From Eledone cirrhosa (taxonomy: Eukaryota), in NCBI GenBank assembly GCA_964016885.1, contig CAXHJY010000013.1:1-64000 (forward strand): a stretch of 64,000 bases of DNA, in the 5' to 3' direction. Under the pieces are notes generated by a model. It was not told where the DNA came from and made no database searches. It saw only the letters and a program-made list of their open reading frames with translations. Position 1 is the stretch's first letter; each line of letters starts with the position of its first letter. The position numbers and the translations under genes were made by a program. Positions 23,158 through 35,520 of this stretch are shown here, one piece after another.

Positions 23158-23387
23158 TAATCCTTTTGTTACTATATTTCTAATAAAATACACTGTATTT
23201 GAATTAATTAATGAAGAATTTAGTGGGATTTATTAAAATAATTTCTTTATTAATAAGGTAGCATTATTTATAAGGTAACAATATTTGTAACAGAACAGTG
23301 TTGGAAAGTTTTATTATAAATAGGAACACTTAAAAATGGGTGATTTTATTTCATAGAACCAGAGCTGGTAGGTATCAAAAGGGTCAA
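23158..23387. mobile_element. TTAA-flanked MITE (piggyBac-like ends), degenerate
   Basis: ttaatccttttg ... caaaagggtcaa; a related reverse copy lies at ~38257-38422. Confidence 0.55.
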
Positions 23388-23689
23388 GTTCTAGTGTCAA
23401 GCAGCATGCCCATAATATTGACAGGATGGCCATGGGTATAGACTTTAATGGAAAGCTTTATTTGATCCAGTAACCTCTGTATTATATATGGGTTATTCAG
23501 ATGACTGAGGGATATATAACAACATAACTGTGATCAAGTATACATCCTTACAGAATTCAAATCTCTCTCTCTCTCTGTATATAACAAAGAGGGTGGGGTA
23601 AGATACCAGATGAACTACAATGCACCAGAGCACTCAATATTTAAAGTAGTAGAGGGGTAATAGGAAAAGAGTCAGGACCCCGATGGCTG

Positions 23690-24303
23690 AGTTCCGAGCG
23701 TTTGCAACAATGCAATCTTTTCTCCTGCATACCAACTCGGATTCCCCGAAAACCCAGGTTCTCCCTCAGTTTATCCAAGCTTTATCTTTCTCTCACATTT
23801 ATTTTGCACATCCAACGAAGCTTAGCTGCTTCATTTCTCTGCAGTGTACACAGTTTCTGCAGTCACTAGCCATGTTTCACTAACATGCAGCATTGACTTC
23901 ATACACAGGCGTCATACAGTCGTCCTTTTGTATGTAAGGGAAAACATTTTGTTGTCAACTGGGAGTAGCTTACTAAACTTCTTCCATCCTATCCTTATTC
24001 TAGTTATGTTCTCAGAGCACCTTCCTCCAGTGATGATTATGTTTCCCAGATAGCAGAAGCTGTTAACCACTTTAATGGATCCTTCCTGTGACTTGAAGAG
24101 GTTTATATCACTGCTCTTCTTCCTTTTGATTACTCCTGTGCATCTTCTACATACAAAGTCTTCTTTCCTGTTAGTCTACCCATTATTCCACTACATCTCT
24201 TGTGTACCCAAGATTTACATTGTGTATGCCATATGGAGTTTATGCCTACTCCTTTTCTACATGTGGAGCAGGGACACTTCCCTGAAGGAATCCGGGTCTT
24301 ATT
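23690..24303 (-). mobile_element. Old RTE fragment spanning the PHD insert and C-terminal region
   Basis: Translates to PSGKCPCSTCRKGVGINSIWHTQCKSWVHKRCSGIMG; frameshifted. Confidence 0.85.
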
Positions 24304-24488
24304 ACATATATATATAATTCTCTCCATACATTTGACTTTTGTATATATATTTTTACCTTTGCTATATATATACATACACACATGCACGTTACATAACTTG
24401 TCCAACCCATGCAAGCATGAAGGTAATATGATGAAATATACACACACACATATATGTGTGTATGTATATATACACATATATTTACATG

Positions 24489-24522
<34 letters not shown>

Positions 24523-25004
24523 TAGATATTTACATGTATATATATTTATATATGTACACATACACATACATATTATTTTCCTGCTCATGTTTAGGACACT
24601 GTTAAGTATGTATCTTAGTATATTTTTAACTTGAAGCACTTCAGAGTGTCTGACTAATTATCTCAGTCAATTGTAATGTACTACTAGAATTGGTGTAGAT
24701 TGGCTATGAACCCTGACTACAATTAGAGAAATTTGATAGGGGAATGAATAAGTTTTTTGTCAGGAATATATGCATTCAAAGTCTTCACCAGCACAACAGT
24801 ACTGATAGAATTAATTATTAGTGTAGTTTCATTTGAATTGAGCCTTGTATCTGCAGAGTTAAATGTCTCGAGTGAGAAAGAGAGAGTCATCATCAGAGTG
24901 GCTTGATCATACCTTGACCTTACCACAAACACTGTTTTTAATGGTAATAAACAATCTATAAAGAGTTGTTTAACCAATTCTTGTGGTTATTTAGCCTTAG
25001 GTCA

Positions 25005-25405
25005 AGGGTGGTAGATTGGCAGTCATTAGCAGTATTTGATTTGACTCTTTACTTTCTTAGTTCAAATCCTGCTGAGGTCAACTTTGCCATCATAAAGTTC
25101 CAGTCAAATATTGGAGTCGATATAACTTTCTCATCATCATCCTCATCCTCCTGACAAATTTTTGGCCTTGTGCCTGAATTAGAAATCATTATTTAGTCTC
25201 AGGAGGGTGATAGATTGGCAGAATTAGTAGAGTATTGGACAAGGTGCCTATGTGGTATTTGTTCTGGCTCTTTTTGTTCTCAGTTCAAACCTCGCTGAGT
25301 TCAATTTTGCCTTTGATCCTTCCGAGGTCGTTAAAATAAAGTACCTGTCAAGTACTGGGTCGATATAAATCACTGGCCTTGTGCCAAAATTAGAATCTAT
25401 TATTT
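25005..25405 (+). mobile_element. Two tandem tRNA-SINE copies
   Basis: Same head, central domain and ggccttgtgcc..ttagaa..attatt tail as the 29689 copy. Confidence 0.75.
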
Positions 25406-25711
25406 AGCCTCAGGTCAGACCTAATTGAACAAACTTATGATTAAAGGTGTTCAAGCCAGGATCATGTCTTTGTTTCAGTTATAATGTCTCCAGTATTATC
25501 TGAATATACAGTTCTTTTCATTTTCAAAACAGTTGAGTGTGTTTTGATGGATATTTGGCTACTATTTCTAGCAGGTCATATTGTCATGTAGGACTCTCTT
25601 AGCTTGTTTGTGTTTGTGTATGTGTAGAAATACAACTATGGTTTAATGGCATTGTCTTATGTCAAATCTTGGTGAAACAATCTCACTGTATTGGGTTATT
25701 TAACTGTATAA

Positions 25712-25883
25712 TCTCTGTTTAACATTTAAACCGGCCATATCCGGCCAGAATTTTCTCACATCATTCTGTTCAAACCAGCTGTAACCGGTCACTCATACTG
25801 ATGTTAAGGAATTGTTCTCAAAATGAATATCAAAATCTCATATTATGTGAGATGATTATTTGAGGTAAATGCTAAACGGTTAA
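25712..25883 (-). mobile_element. TTAA MITE, reverse copy of 53892-54099
   Basis: tttaaaccggccatatccggccagaattt is the reverse complement of 54061-54089 apart from two mismatches; ends aatgctaaacggttaa. Confidence 0.75.
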
Positions 25884-25957
25884 CTGATGTCACAGAGAAG
25901 GAGACTGAAGTAAAAAGGCTTCATTAGAATTATTAGATTATTGAAATATTATAGTTA

Positions 25958-26136
25958 CAGGTAAAATTCCATTATAACAAATACCATTATAACGAATTTT
26001 TCAGTATAATGTAATTTTTTTCCATCCCCGAGGTAATAACAAACAAGCACTCGAATTGTTTCGGTCGATCTCATTGTAAAGAATTTTTTGTTACAACAAA
26101 TTTTTTTTTAAATTTCATTATATCAAAATTGTACTG
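25958..26136. mobile_element. Tc1/mariner (pogo/Tigger-like) MITE
   Basis: TA-flanked imperfect TIRs caggtaaaattccattataac / ttatatcaaaattgtactg. Confidence 0.6.
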
Positions 26137-26439
26137 TATAGTTTAGTTACTGATGAAGACTGTATGAGAGTGATGGGTGTAACAGCCATGAGTACTACCC
26201 CTCTTCTGATTAGTTTATTTAAAAAAATCTATAATAATTATTATAGGCCTGAAAATGAAATTTAAAGCTTACATCTATGCAGGTTTAGCTGATCTCCTAT
26301 GAGGTATCTCACAAGATGCTTTTCAAGTGTTTTAATGAGAGGCGCCCCAGTGCTATCATGAAAGACAACATGAAATGCAGTGTCTTGCTCAAGAACATAA
26401 CCCACTGCTCAACACTTTAACCACTAGGCCACATTTAAT

Positions 26440-26930
26440 GGGATTTAGTTATGTTCTGAGTCCTTATTCCAACAGGGTTGACTTTTGGGATTAATAACTA
26501 AATACAAAATATTGGAGTCAATCTTTTGCAATTATTATTGGGTTAACTTTGTCTTTCATCCTTTTGGGGTTGATAAAATAAAGTACTAGTAAAATACTGG
26601 GGTTGATAAGTTTCCTCTCCTCCTAAATTTTTTGGAATTGTGCCTACATTAGAAACCATTATTATTCGGTGAATTGGCAGTATCGGTAGAGGGTCGGACG
26701 TCATGCTTTGACGCATAGAATTACGGCCCTTTCCATTCTGAGTTCACATCCCGCCGAGGTGAACTTTGCCTTTCATCCTTACGGGGTCGATAAAATAAAG
26801 TACCAGTAATGTACTGGGTAATTGCTGGCCTTGTGCCAAAAGTAGAAACAATTATTGTGGTGGAACGTCGGACAAAATGCTTTGCGGCATAGAGCTGCGG
26901 CCCTTTACACTCTGAGTTCAAATTCGACGT
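26440..26930 (+). mobile_element. Cluster of head-to-tail tRNA-SINE copies
   Basis: Repeated ctgagttca, aactttgcctttcatcc and gataaaataaagtac motifs. The best copy is at 26667-26855. Confidence 0.8.
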
Positions 26931-27257
26931 ATATTTGAGTATATACATTAATAGGAACTCTTTAAAAATGGGTGGTTTTGTTTCAAAGAACTAGTGGGTT
27001 TTGACTGGGTTAAGTGATAGGATGTTGGTACGGTGGTCATTTTGAATGTTGGTCAACAAAACAGTATAAGTAATAACTGCTCAATTACACCATAAATTTG
27101 TGGCATGCTTAGTGGGCAAAGAAAGTAATGTTGGACTGAATTAAAATGCCTTACACTTCTATGTATAGTTTCTTCCATCTGCACTTTTGAGTTTAAACCC
27201 TCTTCTGATTGATTTTTTTTTTTTTTTAGTTTTTCAATAAAATTAATTCAACTGAAT

Positions 27258-28878
27258 AAAACTAGGTGTTGACGAATGGCTTGTGAGAGCCATACAAGCC
27301 ATGTATAAAGAAACAGTCAGCAAGGTTAGAATTAACAACGAATATAGTGAAGAGTTTAGCGTAAAAGTTGGTGTCCATCAGGGCTCTGTTCTTAGCCCCC
27401 TTCTATTTATTATTGCCCTTCAGGCTATAACAGAGGAGTTCAAGACCGGCTGCCCATGGGAACTCCTATACGCAGATGATCTAACGCTCATAGCTGAATC
27501 AATGGCTGAGCTAGAGAAGAAATTCCAAACATGGAAGCACGGCCTAGAATCAAAAGGCCTTAAAATTAACCTGGCTAAGACTAAAGTTCTAGTTTGTAGG
27601 AAAGAAAATAAGGCGCCGGTCCCCTCCGGGAAATGGCCATGCTCAGTGTGTAGGAAAGGCGTAGGTAGAAACTCCATTTTATGTCCCAAATGCAAAGTAT
27701 GGGTGCATAAAAGATGTAGTGGGATCACAGGTAAGCTAACTAAGAACACAGATTTTACATGTAGCCGGTGCTCTGGTGCAATAAGTAGCAGCAAGTGCCC
27801 ACAAAATACTCTTTCAATTGCGCAGAGGGTTCTATAGAAATAGTGGACAGCTTCCGTTACCTGGGTGACAAAATCAGCAGTGGGGGAGGGTGCTCTGAAA
27901 GTACTGTAGCTAGAGTCAGAACTGGATGGAAAAAGTTCAGAGAGCTTATACCACTATTAGCCGCTAAAGGGTTCTCCCTAAAAATGAAAGGCAGGTTGTA
28001 TGATGCCTGCATACGAACAGCAATGTTGCATGGCAGTGAGACCTGGGCATTGTGTGCAGAGGATATACGCAGACTAGAGAGGAACGAAGCTTGCATGCTC
28101 CGCTGGATGTGTAATAGTAATATACGTGAACGGCAAAGCATAAACGAACTAAGGAAAAAATTAGAAATAAGAGGGATCAGATGTTGTTTACTCGAGAGAA
28201 GGCTACGTTGGTATGGTCACGTGATGCGCATGAAAGACGACAGCTGTATAACAAAGTGCAGGGCAATAAAGATAGACGGTAGCCACGGAGTAGGCAGACC
28301 CAGGAAAACCTGGGACGAGCTGATAAATTCCGACCTCACACACTTACACCTCACCAAGACAATGTCACTGGACCGAGACCTTTGGCGGTACTCAGTAACA
28401 GAGAAGACCCGCCTTACCTAAATACAAAGTAAAACCTACTAGCCAGTAGGCATCTCTAACAAAATACACCCCCGTCCCACCCCATCCACACCGCCCCCTT
28501 CAATGCAAAGTTATGTTGGTGCCACAACATCCAGGCCGAAACAAATGAGATCGTGTAGGTGTCACGACAAAAAACACACAGTCCACGCTGTAATGTGGCC
28601 GTGTAGGCAACACGGTAAAAACCTCCCAGTCCCACACTGTAAATGTGGTTGGTGTTAGGAAGGGCATCCAGCTGTAATGTGGCCGTGTAGGCAACGCGGT
28701 AAAAACCTCCCAGCCCCACACTGTAAATGTGGTTGGTGTTAGGAAGGGCATCCAGCTGTAGAAAACCCGCCAGACAGTCCTATGCGAGCAAGACAACCAC
28801 TCTTGCCTCAAGTGGGAAAACCCCCGTCCAAATCCATGCAAGCGTGGAACAGGGACGTTAAACGATGATGATGATGAT
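27258..28878 (+). mobile_element. 5'-truncated RTE-A copy (RT C-half, PHD, 3' UTR with 84-bp duplication, GAT tail)
   Basis: ORFs 27283-27837 and 27795-28421 are split by a 4-nt deletion near 27808. Confidence 0.95.
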
Positions 28879-29688
28879 ACAAGGCCTGTTAGCAGACATG
28901 TCACCTGGTTGGTAGGGCTGGGAGGTGTTGGGGGGATCTGGATGGCACACCCCTTCTCCCTCCCTAATTTTCAATGGTGCACCCACAGATTTACAGTGAT
29001 ATGTTTATCCTGAAATCCTACCTTAGAATTTTTGGGAATTAGAGTGTCCATCCAGAATGTTCTGGTACCAAAAAAGGGTGACAGACTTGACAATTGGGCT
29101 GTTTCTCGCTCCTTCATTTTTCTCTCTTTTTCTAGCTCCCCCTTCTCTCTCTAGCTCTCTCTCTCTCTACTTTCTCACTCTCCCAATGCACTCTCTCTCC
29201 ACCTCTCTCTGTCTCTCACTATTTTGAACCAAAGACGTTTTTGTGCCGGTTGCCATTCAATTGTTTTTCTTTTTTTTATTAATTTAATTGAAATTTGTTG
29301 AAAAAAGAATTTTCTTGAATAGTACAAAATAACACTATGATTGCATCATATTCAACATTAAAGTCTTTCCTCTAATACTGCACATGTTCACAAGTAAAGA
29401 TAGGCTTAACATTTGAATGAGATAATTTCTGCTAAATCATTACAGAATGTTCAGAGTTAACAACATGACCTGTTGTCAATGTAAAATAATTGTTTGTGTT
29501 TCTTGCTGTTGGAATTGCTTATTAATCATGCTGTCAGCTCGATTTATTTCCCGATTGTTATGAAGAATAACCTGTTTATGTTGTTACTGTTGTTTGATGT
29601 CGTCGTTATTGTTGTTGTTCATGAAGTAACCCACATGTCAACCAATCAGTCAGGTGTGTTAGGATCTTTATTATTTAACTCAACTTAA

Positions 29689-30060
29689 GGGCGGTGAATT
29701 GGCAGAATCGGTAGAGCGTCGCACACCCTGCTTCGTGACATAGGGTTACGGCCCTTTACATTCTGAGTTCAAATCCTGCTGAGGTTAACCTTGCTTTTCA
29801 TCCTTACTGGGGTCGATAAAATAAAGTACCAATAACGTACTGAGTTCCATTTAATTGATTTTCCCCTCCCCAAAAATTACTGGCCTTGTGCCTAAATCAG
29901 AAACCATTATCCAACTCACCTTAGGCAGTCATTAGAACGTTGAAGTATTTGTTCTGGCTCTTTACATTCTGGGTTCAAATTTCACTGAGGTCAATTTCAC
30001 CTTTCAACGTCAATAAAATTACGTACTAAATTACTGGCCTTGTCCTCAAATTAGAAATTA
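29689..30060 (+). mobile_element. Well-preserved tRNA-SINE (29689-29910) plus a degenerate tandem copy
   Basis: ggcggtgaattggcagaatcggtagagcg (A box), gagttcaaatcc (B box), and central cttttcatccttactggggtcgataaaataaagtacc, which resembles the Meta-SINE domain as I recall it. Confidence 0.85.
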
Positions 30061-30103
30061 TAATTTGATTCATGCTCAGATGTCGCAGTCTTAACTTTGT
30101 GTA

Positions 30104-33053
30104 CATCATCATCATCATCATCATTTTACATCCACTTTTACCTGCTTGCAAGGGTGGGACAGGTCTTATTCAGCACAGCATCTCTCCACTCGTCACGGTC
30201 CTTCGTCATCTCCACCGTGAGCTTCAATGATCTGAGGTCTGTTCTCGCCACCTCCGCCCATGTTTTTCGTGGTCTACCTCTACCACGTCTTCCTTCAACT
30301 GGCATTTCTTGGCACTTCTTCACTCATCGGTCATCCTCCATGCGCATCACATGTCCATACCACCTCAGTCTCCTCTCCCGTACACTACATTCTATCCCTC
30401 TCAGACACAGTTTCTCTCTCAACACATTTATGCTGGGTCGTTCACGCACATTTACACTGCACATCCAACGGAGCATGCTTGCCTCATTTCTCTCCAGCCG
30501 TCGCATATCCTCTGCAGTTGCTGCCCATGTCTCACTACCATGCAGCATCGCGTTCCTCACACAGGCATCATACAACCGGCCTTTCGTACGCAGGGAGAAA
30601 CCCTTCGTCAACAGAGGAAGCAGCTCCCTCAACTTCTTCCAACCCGTCCTTATTCTAGATACTATGGCCTCGGAACACCCTCCTCCCATGCTAATCTGAT
30701 CTCCTAGGTACTGGAAGCTATCCACCACTTCTATAGCGCCCTCCTGCATCTGAAAAATGTGTCTATCAATGCGACTTCTACTGTCTAATTTCCCTGTACA
30801 TCTACTGCATACATATTTCTCCCTACCTGTTAGTTTGCCTGCTATCCCGCTACATCTCTTGTGTACCCAGGATCTGCATTGTGTGCATTTTATAGAATTT
30901 ATGCCAGTTCCTTTTCTGCATATCGAACATGGCCATTTCCCTGACGGAATCAGGGTTTTGTCCTCTTTTCTACTCATCAACACTTTTGTCTTAGCTAGAT
31001 TCACTCTCAGTCCTCTTGCTTCCAACTGCTGTTTCCATAGCCAAAATTTATTCTCTAGCTCCTCTACTGATTCTGCTATAAGAACCAGATCGTCAGCATA
31101 GAGAAGTTCCCATGGACAGCCAGTCTTAAACTCCTCTGTTATGGCTTGGAGGACTATAATGAACAAGAGCGGGCTGAGGACCGAACCCTGATGTACTCCT
31201 ACTTGTATCTGGAATTCCTCACTAAACTCCATTCCTACCCTGACTTTACTGAGAGTACCTCTGTACAAAGTTTGCACTGTCCTCACAAGCCATTCCTCAA
31301 CACCTAGCTGCCTTAGGGACCACCAGATGACAGATCGGGGTACCCTATCAAAGGCCTTCTCTAGGTCAACAAAGGCTAAGTATAGTGGCTTATTCTTCTC
31401 TAAGAACCTCTCTTGCAATTGTCTCACCAAGAAGAGGGCATCTGTTGTCCTCTTCCCAGGCCCAAAACCAAACTGCATCTCATCTAGTTTGACCCTTTCT
31501 CTAATTAGTTGTGCTAAAATCCGTTCTGCCACTTCCATAACATGATCTATCAGTTTTATACCCCTATAATTGCTCCTCTCCAGAGCATCCCCTTTACCTT
31601 TGTAGCAATTTATGAGAATACTACTGCACCAGTCTTTGGGTATGACACCACCATATATAGCCTGATTGATGATGCGTGCAACCAGTTTAGTGCCTACGTC
31701 CCCTGATGCCTTCAGCATCTCGGCAACTATTCCCGATGGTCCGGCAGCCTTACCATTTTTCATTTCCCTAATCGCCTCTTGGACCCTATATTCGTCAATC
31801 TCAATAGCTGGTCCCTCTGTTGGATCTACCAAGGGTAATTTCTCTCTCTCCTATTTGTTCTCCACATTCATCAGTCTCTCATAATGACATTTCCAGGCCT
31901 CCTTTTTCTGATCATTCGTGACACTAAGTACACCGGCATCATCCCGGACACATTTATCTCCAACAACATCCTGATTTGCATTGGCACACTGCCTCGCAAT
32001 GTGGAACACCGCACGCCTCTGATCTTCCCGTTGCAGAACATTGGCAAACCTCCTACTCTCTGCCTCCCTGCGTGCTAAGTACACCTGATGTCTAGCTTCT
32101 CTCTTAGTGGCTGTATATTCTTCCCTACTCCCACCCTTTTTCCAAGCCTTCCATGCTAGTCTTTTGTCTCTAATAGCCTTATCTACTGTGCTGTTCCACC
32201 ACCAGGTCACTCTCTGTCTGGTTGGAGCTCTGCTCCAGCTACAAGTTTCATCAGTAGCCTGCAGCAAGTTGTCACGTAAGAAATTCCAGTTATTATCTAT
32301 GTCATACGTCTCTAAATCGTCTTCTTTTTCGTCATATACATCTTGAAGGGCTTTCCTAAATTTGTATTTTAGTGAAAGGTCTTTTAGCTTCCAGACCTTT
32401 CTTCTCCATACCTTCCTATATGTCTCATTCCATCTCTTGCTTACTGAGATATCACTAACAACTAACCTATGCTGTGGGGTACATTCTTCCCCAGGGTATG
32501 CCTTGGTATTAGACACTATCTGCCTGTCCCGCTGCCTAACTAGTAAGAAATCAATCTGGCTTATGTGCTCACCAGATTTGTAGGTTATTAGGTGATTGGC
32601 AGGTTTCTGGAAGTTTGTGTTGCAAATAGTCAATGTACCTGCATCACAAAATTCAAGAAGTCTCACTCCTCCTTCATTTCTTGAACCGTAACCGTGCCCA
32701 CCATGTACCCCAGTGTAACCATCCTGGAGCTGTCCAACATGACCATTGAAGTCTCCTGCTAGCATAACGATGTCTCCGTCCTCTGTCATTGCGGTTGTTT
32801 GCAAAAGTTGCTAAAAAAAGCAGTCTTTATCATCTTTGCCTAGGCCTGCTTGGGGAGCATAGGCCGAGATGATTGTCAGTAGTCTCCTACCTACAACTAA
32901 TCTAAGCTTAATTATTCGATTACTAACTCGAACTACCTCTATTGTCTTATTGATCCATTTCTCAGCCAGGAAAATGCCTACTCCCCCTAATCCATCATCC
33001 TTACCTACCCAGAATAGCTTATAGCTAAGACGTTTGCCTACGACTAGTCTTGC
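30104..33053 (-). mobile_element. RTE LINE family B, 5'-truncated within the endonuclease, short 3' UTR, GAT tail
   Basis: ORFs 32811-33074, 31851-32804, 30324-31832 and 30138-30323 are one frame broken by three stops. They contain EN, RT (YADD) and the PHD insert, and are clearly diverged from family A. Confidence 0.95.
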
Positions 33054-33424
33054 AAAGTCTATACAAATCCACATTTCTACTCTGATTGACTGCAGCTTTT
33101 ATTTTTCAATTTCCTTGTTAGGCGTGGATTATCCATCTCCATCGCGCTCTTATAATATCTGTCTGTATGACTGGCTGTCTGCATTATGACATTCTGACGA
33201 ACATTGATGACGTATTATGTTCGCTATTTTCCGTTCATTGCCAAGGAACGTCTTCATGAATCAAAGTATCGTCTTCCTGTTTTCCTTCGGTTGCAACGTT
33301 TTTCGAAATATTTACTTCTGCGTTAACAGATTGATGTTTTTAGTTTCAGAAGATCCCGTTAAGGGTGAAAGCAACGACTCTTTGCTTAAACTTTAATCTG
33401 TTATTTTAATCTATATATGTATAT

Positions 33425-35158
33425 ATGGAGAATAAATGGGAGAAAGACAGTCTCCCCCATATCGACCCGATAGAGGGACCAGCAGTGTTAGTCGAGAGGA
33501 GTATAATAAGTAAGGCAATCAAGGATATGAAGACTGGTAAGGCGGCTGGGCCTTCGGAAATAGTTGCTGAGATGCTGAAGGCATCTGGCACGGTGGGACA
33601 CACCATGGTCACCCGCATAGTTAACCAAGTCGTACAGAATGGGGTTGTTCCGAAGGACTGGCATAGCAGCATCATCGTTAACTGTTATAAGGGTAAAGGA
33701 GACGCCCTAGATAGGAGTAACTATAGAGGCATTAAATTAATCGACCAGGTCATGAAGGTCACGGAAAAAGTAATAGCGCAACTAATCAGAGAGAGAATTG
33801 ATCTAGATGAAATGCAGTTCGGGTTTGTGTCAGGCAAAAGCACCACAGACGCTCTTTTCATAGTACGACAACTACAGGAGAAGTACATAGCTAAAGGTAA
33901 ACCCCTCTACTTAGCTTTTGTCGACCTGGAGAAAGCCTTCGACAGAGTCCCCCGCTCCATTATCTGGTGGGCTCTTAGAAAACTAGGCGTTGACGAATGG
34001 CTTGTGAGGGCTATACAAGCCATGTATAAAGAAACAGTCAGCAAGGTTAGAATTAACAACGAATATAGTGAAGAGTTTAGCGTAAAAGTTGGCGTCCATC
34101 AGGGCTCTGTTCTCAGCCCCCTACTATTTATTATTGCCCTTCAGGCTATAACAGAGGAGTTCAAGACAGGCTGCCCATGGGAACTCCTATACGCAGACGA
34201 CCTGACACTCATAGCGGAATCAATGGCCGAGCTAGAGAAGAAATTCCAAACATGGAAGCACGGCCTAGAGTCAAAAGGACTTAAAATTAACCTGGCTAAG
34301 ACCAAAGTTCTAGTTTGTAGGAAAGAAAACAAGGCGGCGGTCCCTTCTGGGAAATGGTCGTGCTCGGTATGTAGGAAAGGCGTAGGTAGAAACTCCATCT
34401 TATGTCCTAAATGCAAAGTATGGGTGCATAAAAGATGTAGTGGGATCACAGGTAAGCTAACTAAGAACATAGACTTTACATGTGGCCGGTGTTCTGGTGC
34501 AATAAGTAGCAGCAAGTGCCCACAAAATACTAGCTCTTTCAATTGCGCAGAGGGTTCTATAGAAATAGTGGACAGCTTCCGTTACCTGGGCGATAAAATC
34601 AGCAGTGGGGGAGGGTGCTCTGAAAGTACTGTAGCTAGAGTCAGAACTGGTTGGAAAAAGTTCAGAGAGCTTATACCACTATTAGCTGCTAAAGGGTTCT
34701 CCCTAAAAATGAAAGGCAGGTTGTACGATGCCTGCATACGAACAGCAATGTTGCATGGTAGTGAGACCTGGGCATTGTGTGCAGAGGATATACGCAGACT
34801 AGAGAGGAACGAAGCTTGCATGCTCCGCTGGATGTGTAACAGTAATATACGTGAACGGCAAAGCATAAACGAACTAAGGAAAAAATTAGAGATAAGAGGG
34901 ATCAGATGTTGTTTACTCGAGAGAAGGCTGCGTTGGTATGGACACGTGATGCGCATGAAAGTCGATAGCTGTATTACAAAGTGCAGGGCAATAAAGATAG
35001 ACGGTAGCCACGGAATAGGCAGACCTAGAAAAACATGGGATGAGCTGATAAACTCCGACCTCACACACTTACACCTCTCCAAGACAATGTCACTGGACCG
35101 TGACCTTTGGCGGTACTCAGTAACAGAGAAGACCCGCCTTGCCAGTAGGCATCTCTAA
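33425..35158 (+). CDS. Intact RTE reverse transcriptase + PHD finger + C-terminal region (577 aa, no endonuclease; ATG formed at the junction)
   Basis: All RT motifs are in one frame. Expression as a protein is not demonstrated. Confidence 0.6.
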   Translation: MENKWEKDSLPHIDPIEGPAVLVERSIISKAIKDMKTGKAAGPSEIVAEMLKASGTVGHTMVTRIVNQVVQNGVVPKDWHSSIIVNCYKGKGDALDRSNYRGIKLIDQVMKVTEKVIAQLIRERIDLDEMQFGFVSGKSTTDALFIVRQLQEKYIAKGKPLYLAFVDLEKAFDRVPRSIIWWALRKLGVDEWLVRAIQAMYKETVSKVRINNEYSEEFSVKVGVHQGSVLSPLLFIIALQAITEEFKTGCPWELLYADDLTLIAESMAELEKKFQTWKHGLESKGLKINLAKTKVLVCRKENKAAVPSGKWSCSVCRKGVGRNSILCPKCKVWVHKRCSGITGKLTKNIDFTCGRCSGAISSSKCPQNTSSFNCAEGSIEIVDSFRYLGDKISSGGGCSESTVARVRTGWKKFRELIPLLAAKGFSLKMKGRLYDACIRTAMLHGSETWALCAEDIRRLERNEACMLRWMCNSNIRERQSINELRKKLEIRGIRCCLLERRLRWYGHVMRMKVDSCITKCRAIKIDGSHGIGRPRKTWDELINSDLTHLHLSKTMSLDRDLWRYSVTEKTRLASRHL

Positions 35159-35520
35159 CAAACTACACCCCGTCCCGCCACCACCCCCACCCCATCCACA
35201 CCACCCCGTTCTATGTAAAGTTATGTTGGTGCCGCGCCATCCAGGCCGAAACAAATGAGATCGTGTAGGTGTCACGACAAAAAAACACACAGTCCACGCT
35301 GTAACGTGGCCGTGTAGGCAACACGGTAAAAACCTCCCAGACCCACACTGTAAATGTGGTTGGTGTTAGGAAGGGCATCCAACTGTAGAAAACCTGCCAG
35401 ACAGTCCTATGCGAGCAAGACAATCACTCTTGCCTCAAGTGGGACTACCCCCGTCCAAACCCATGCAAGCGTGGAACACGGACGTTAAACGTTGATGATG
35501 ATGATGATGATGATGATGAT
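33427..35520 (+). mobile_element. Young 5'-truncated RTE-A copy
   Basis: Uninterrupted reading frame, full 3' UTR and (GAT)n tail. Confidence 0.97.

Noticed and set aside
29689-29775. tRNA genes at A/B-box sites
   Set aside because: There is no cloverleaf, and the heads continue into SINE bodies.
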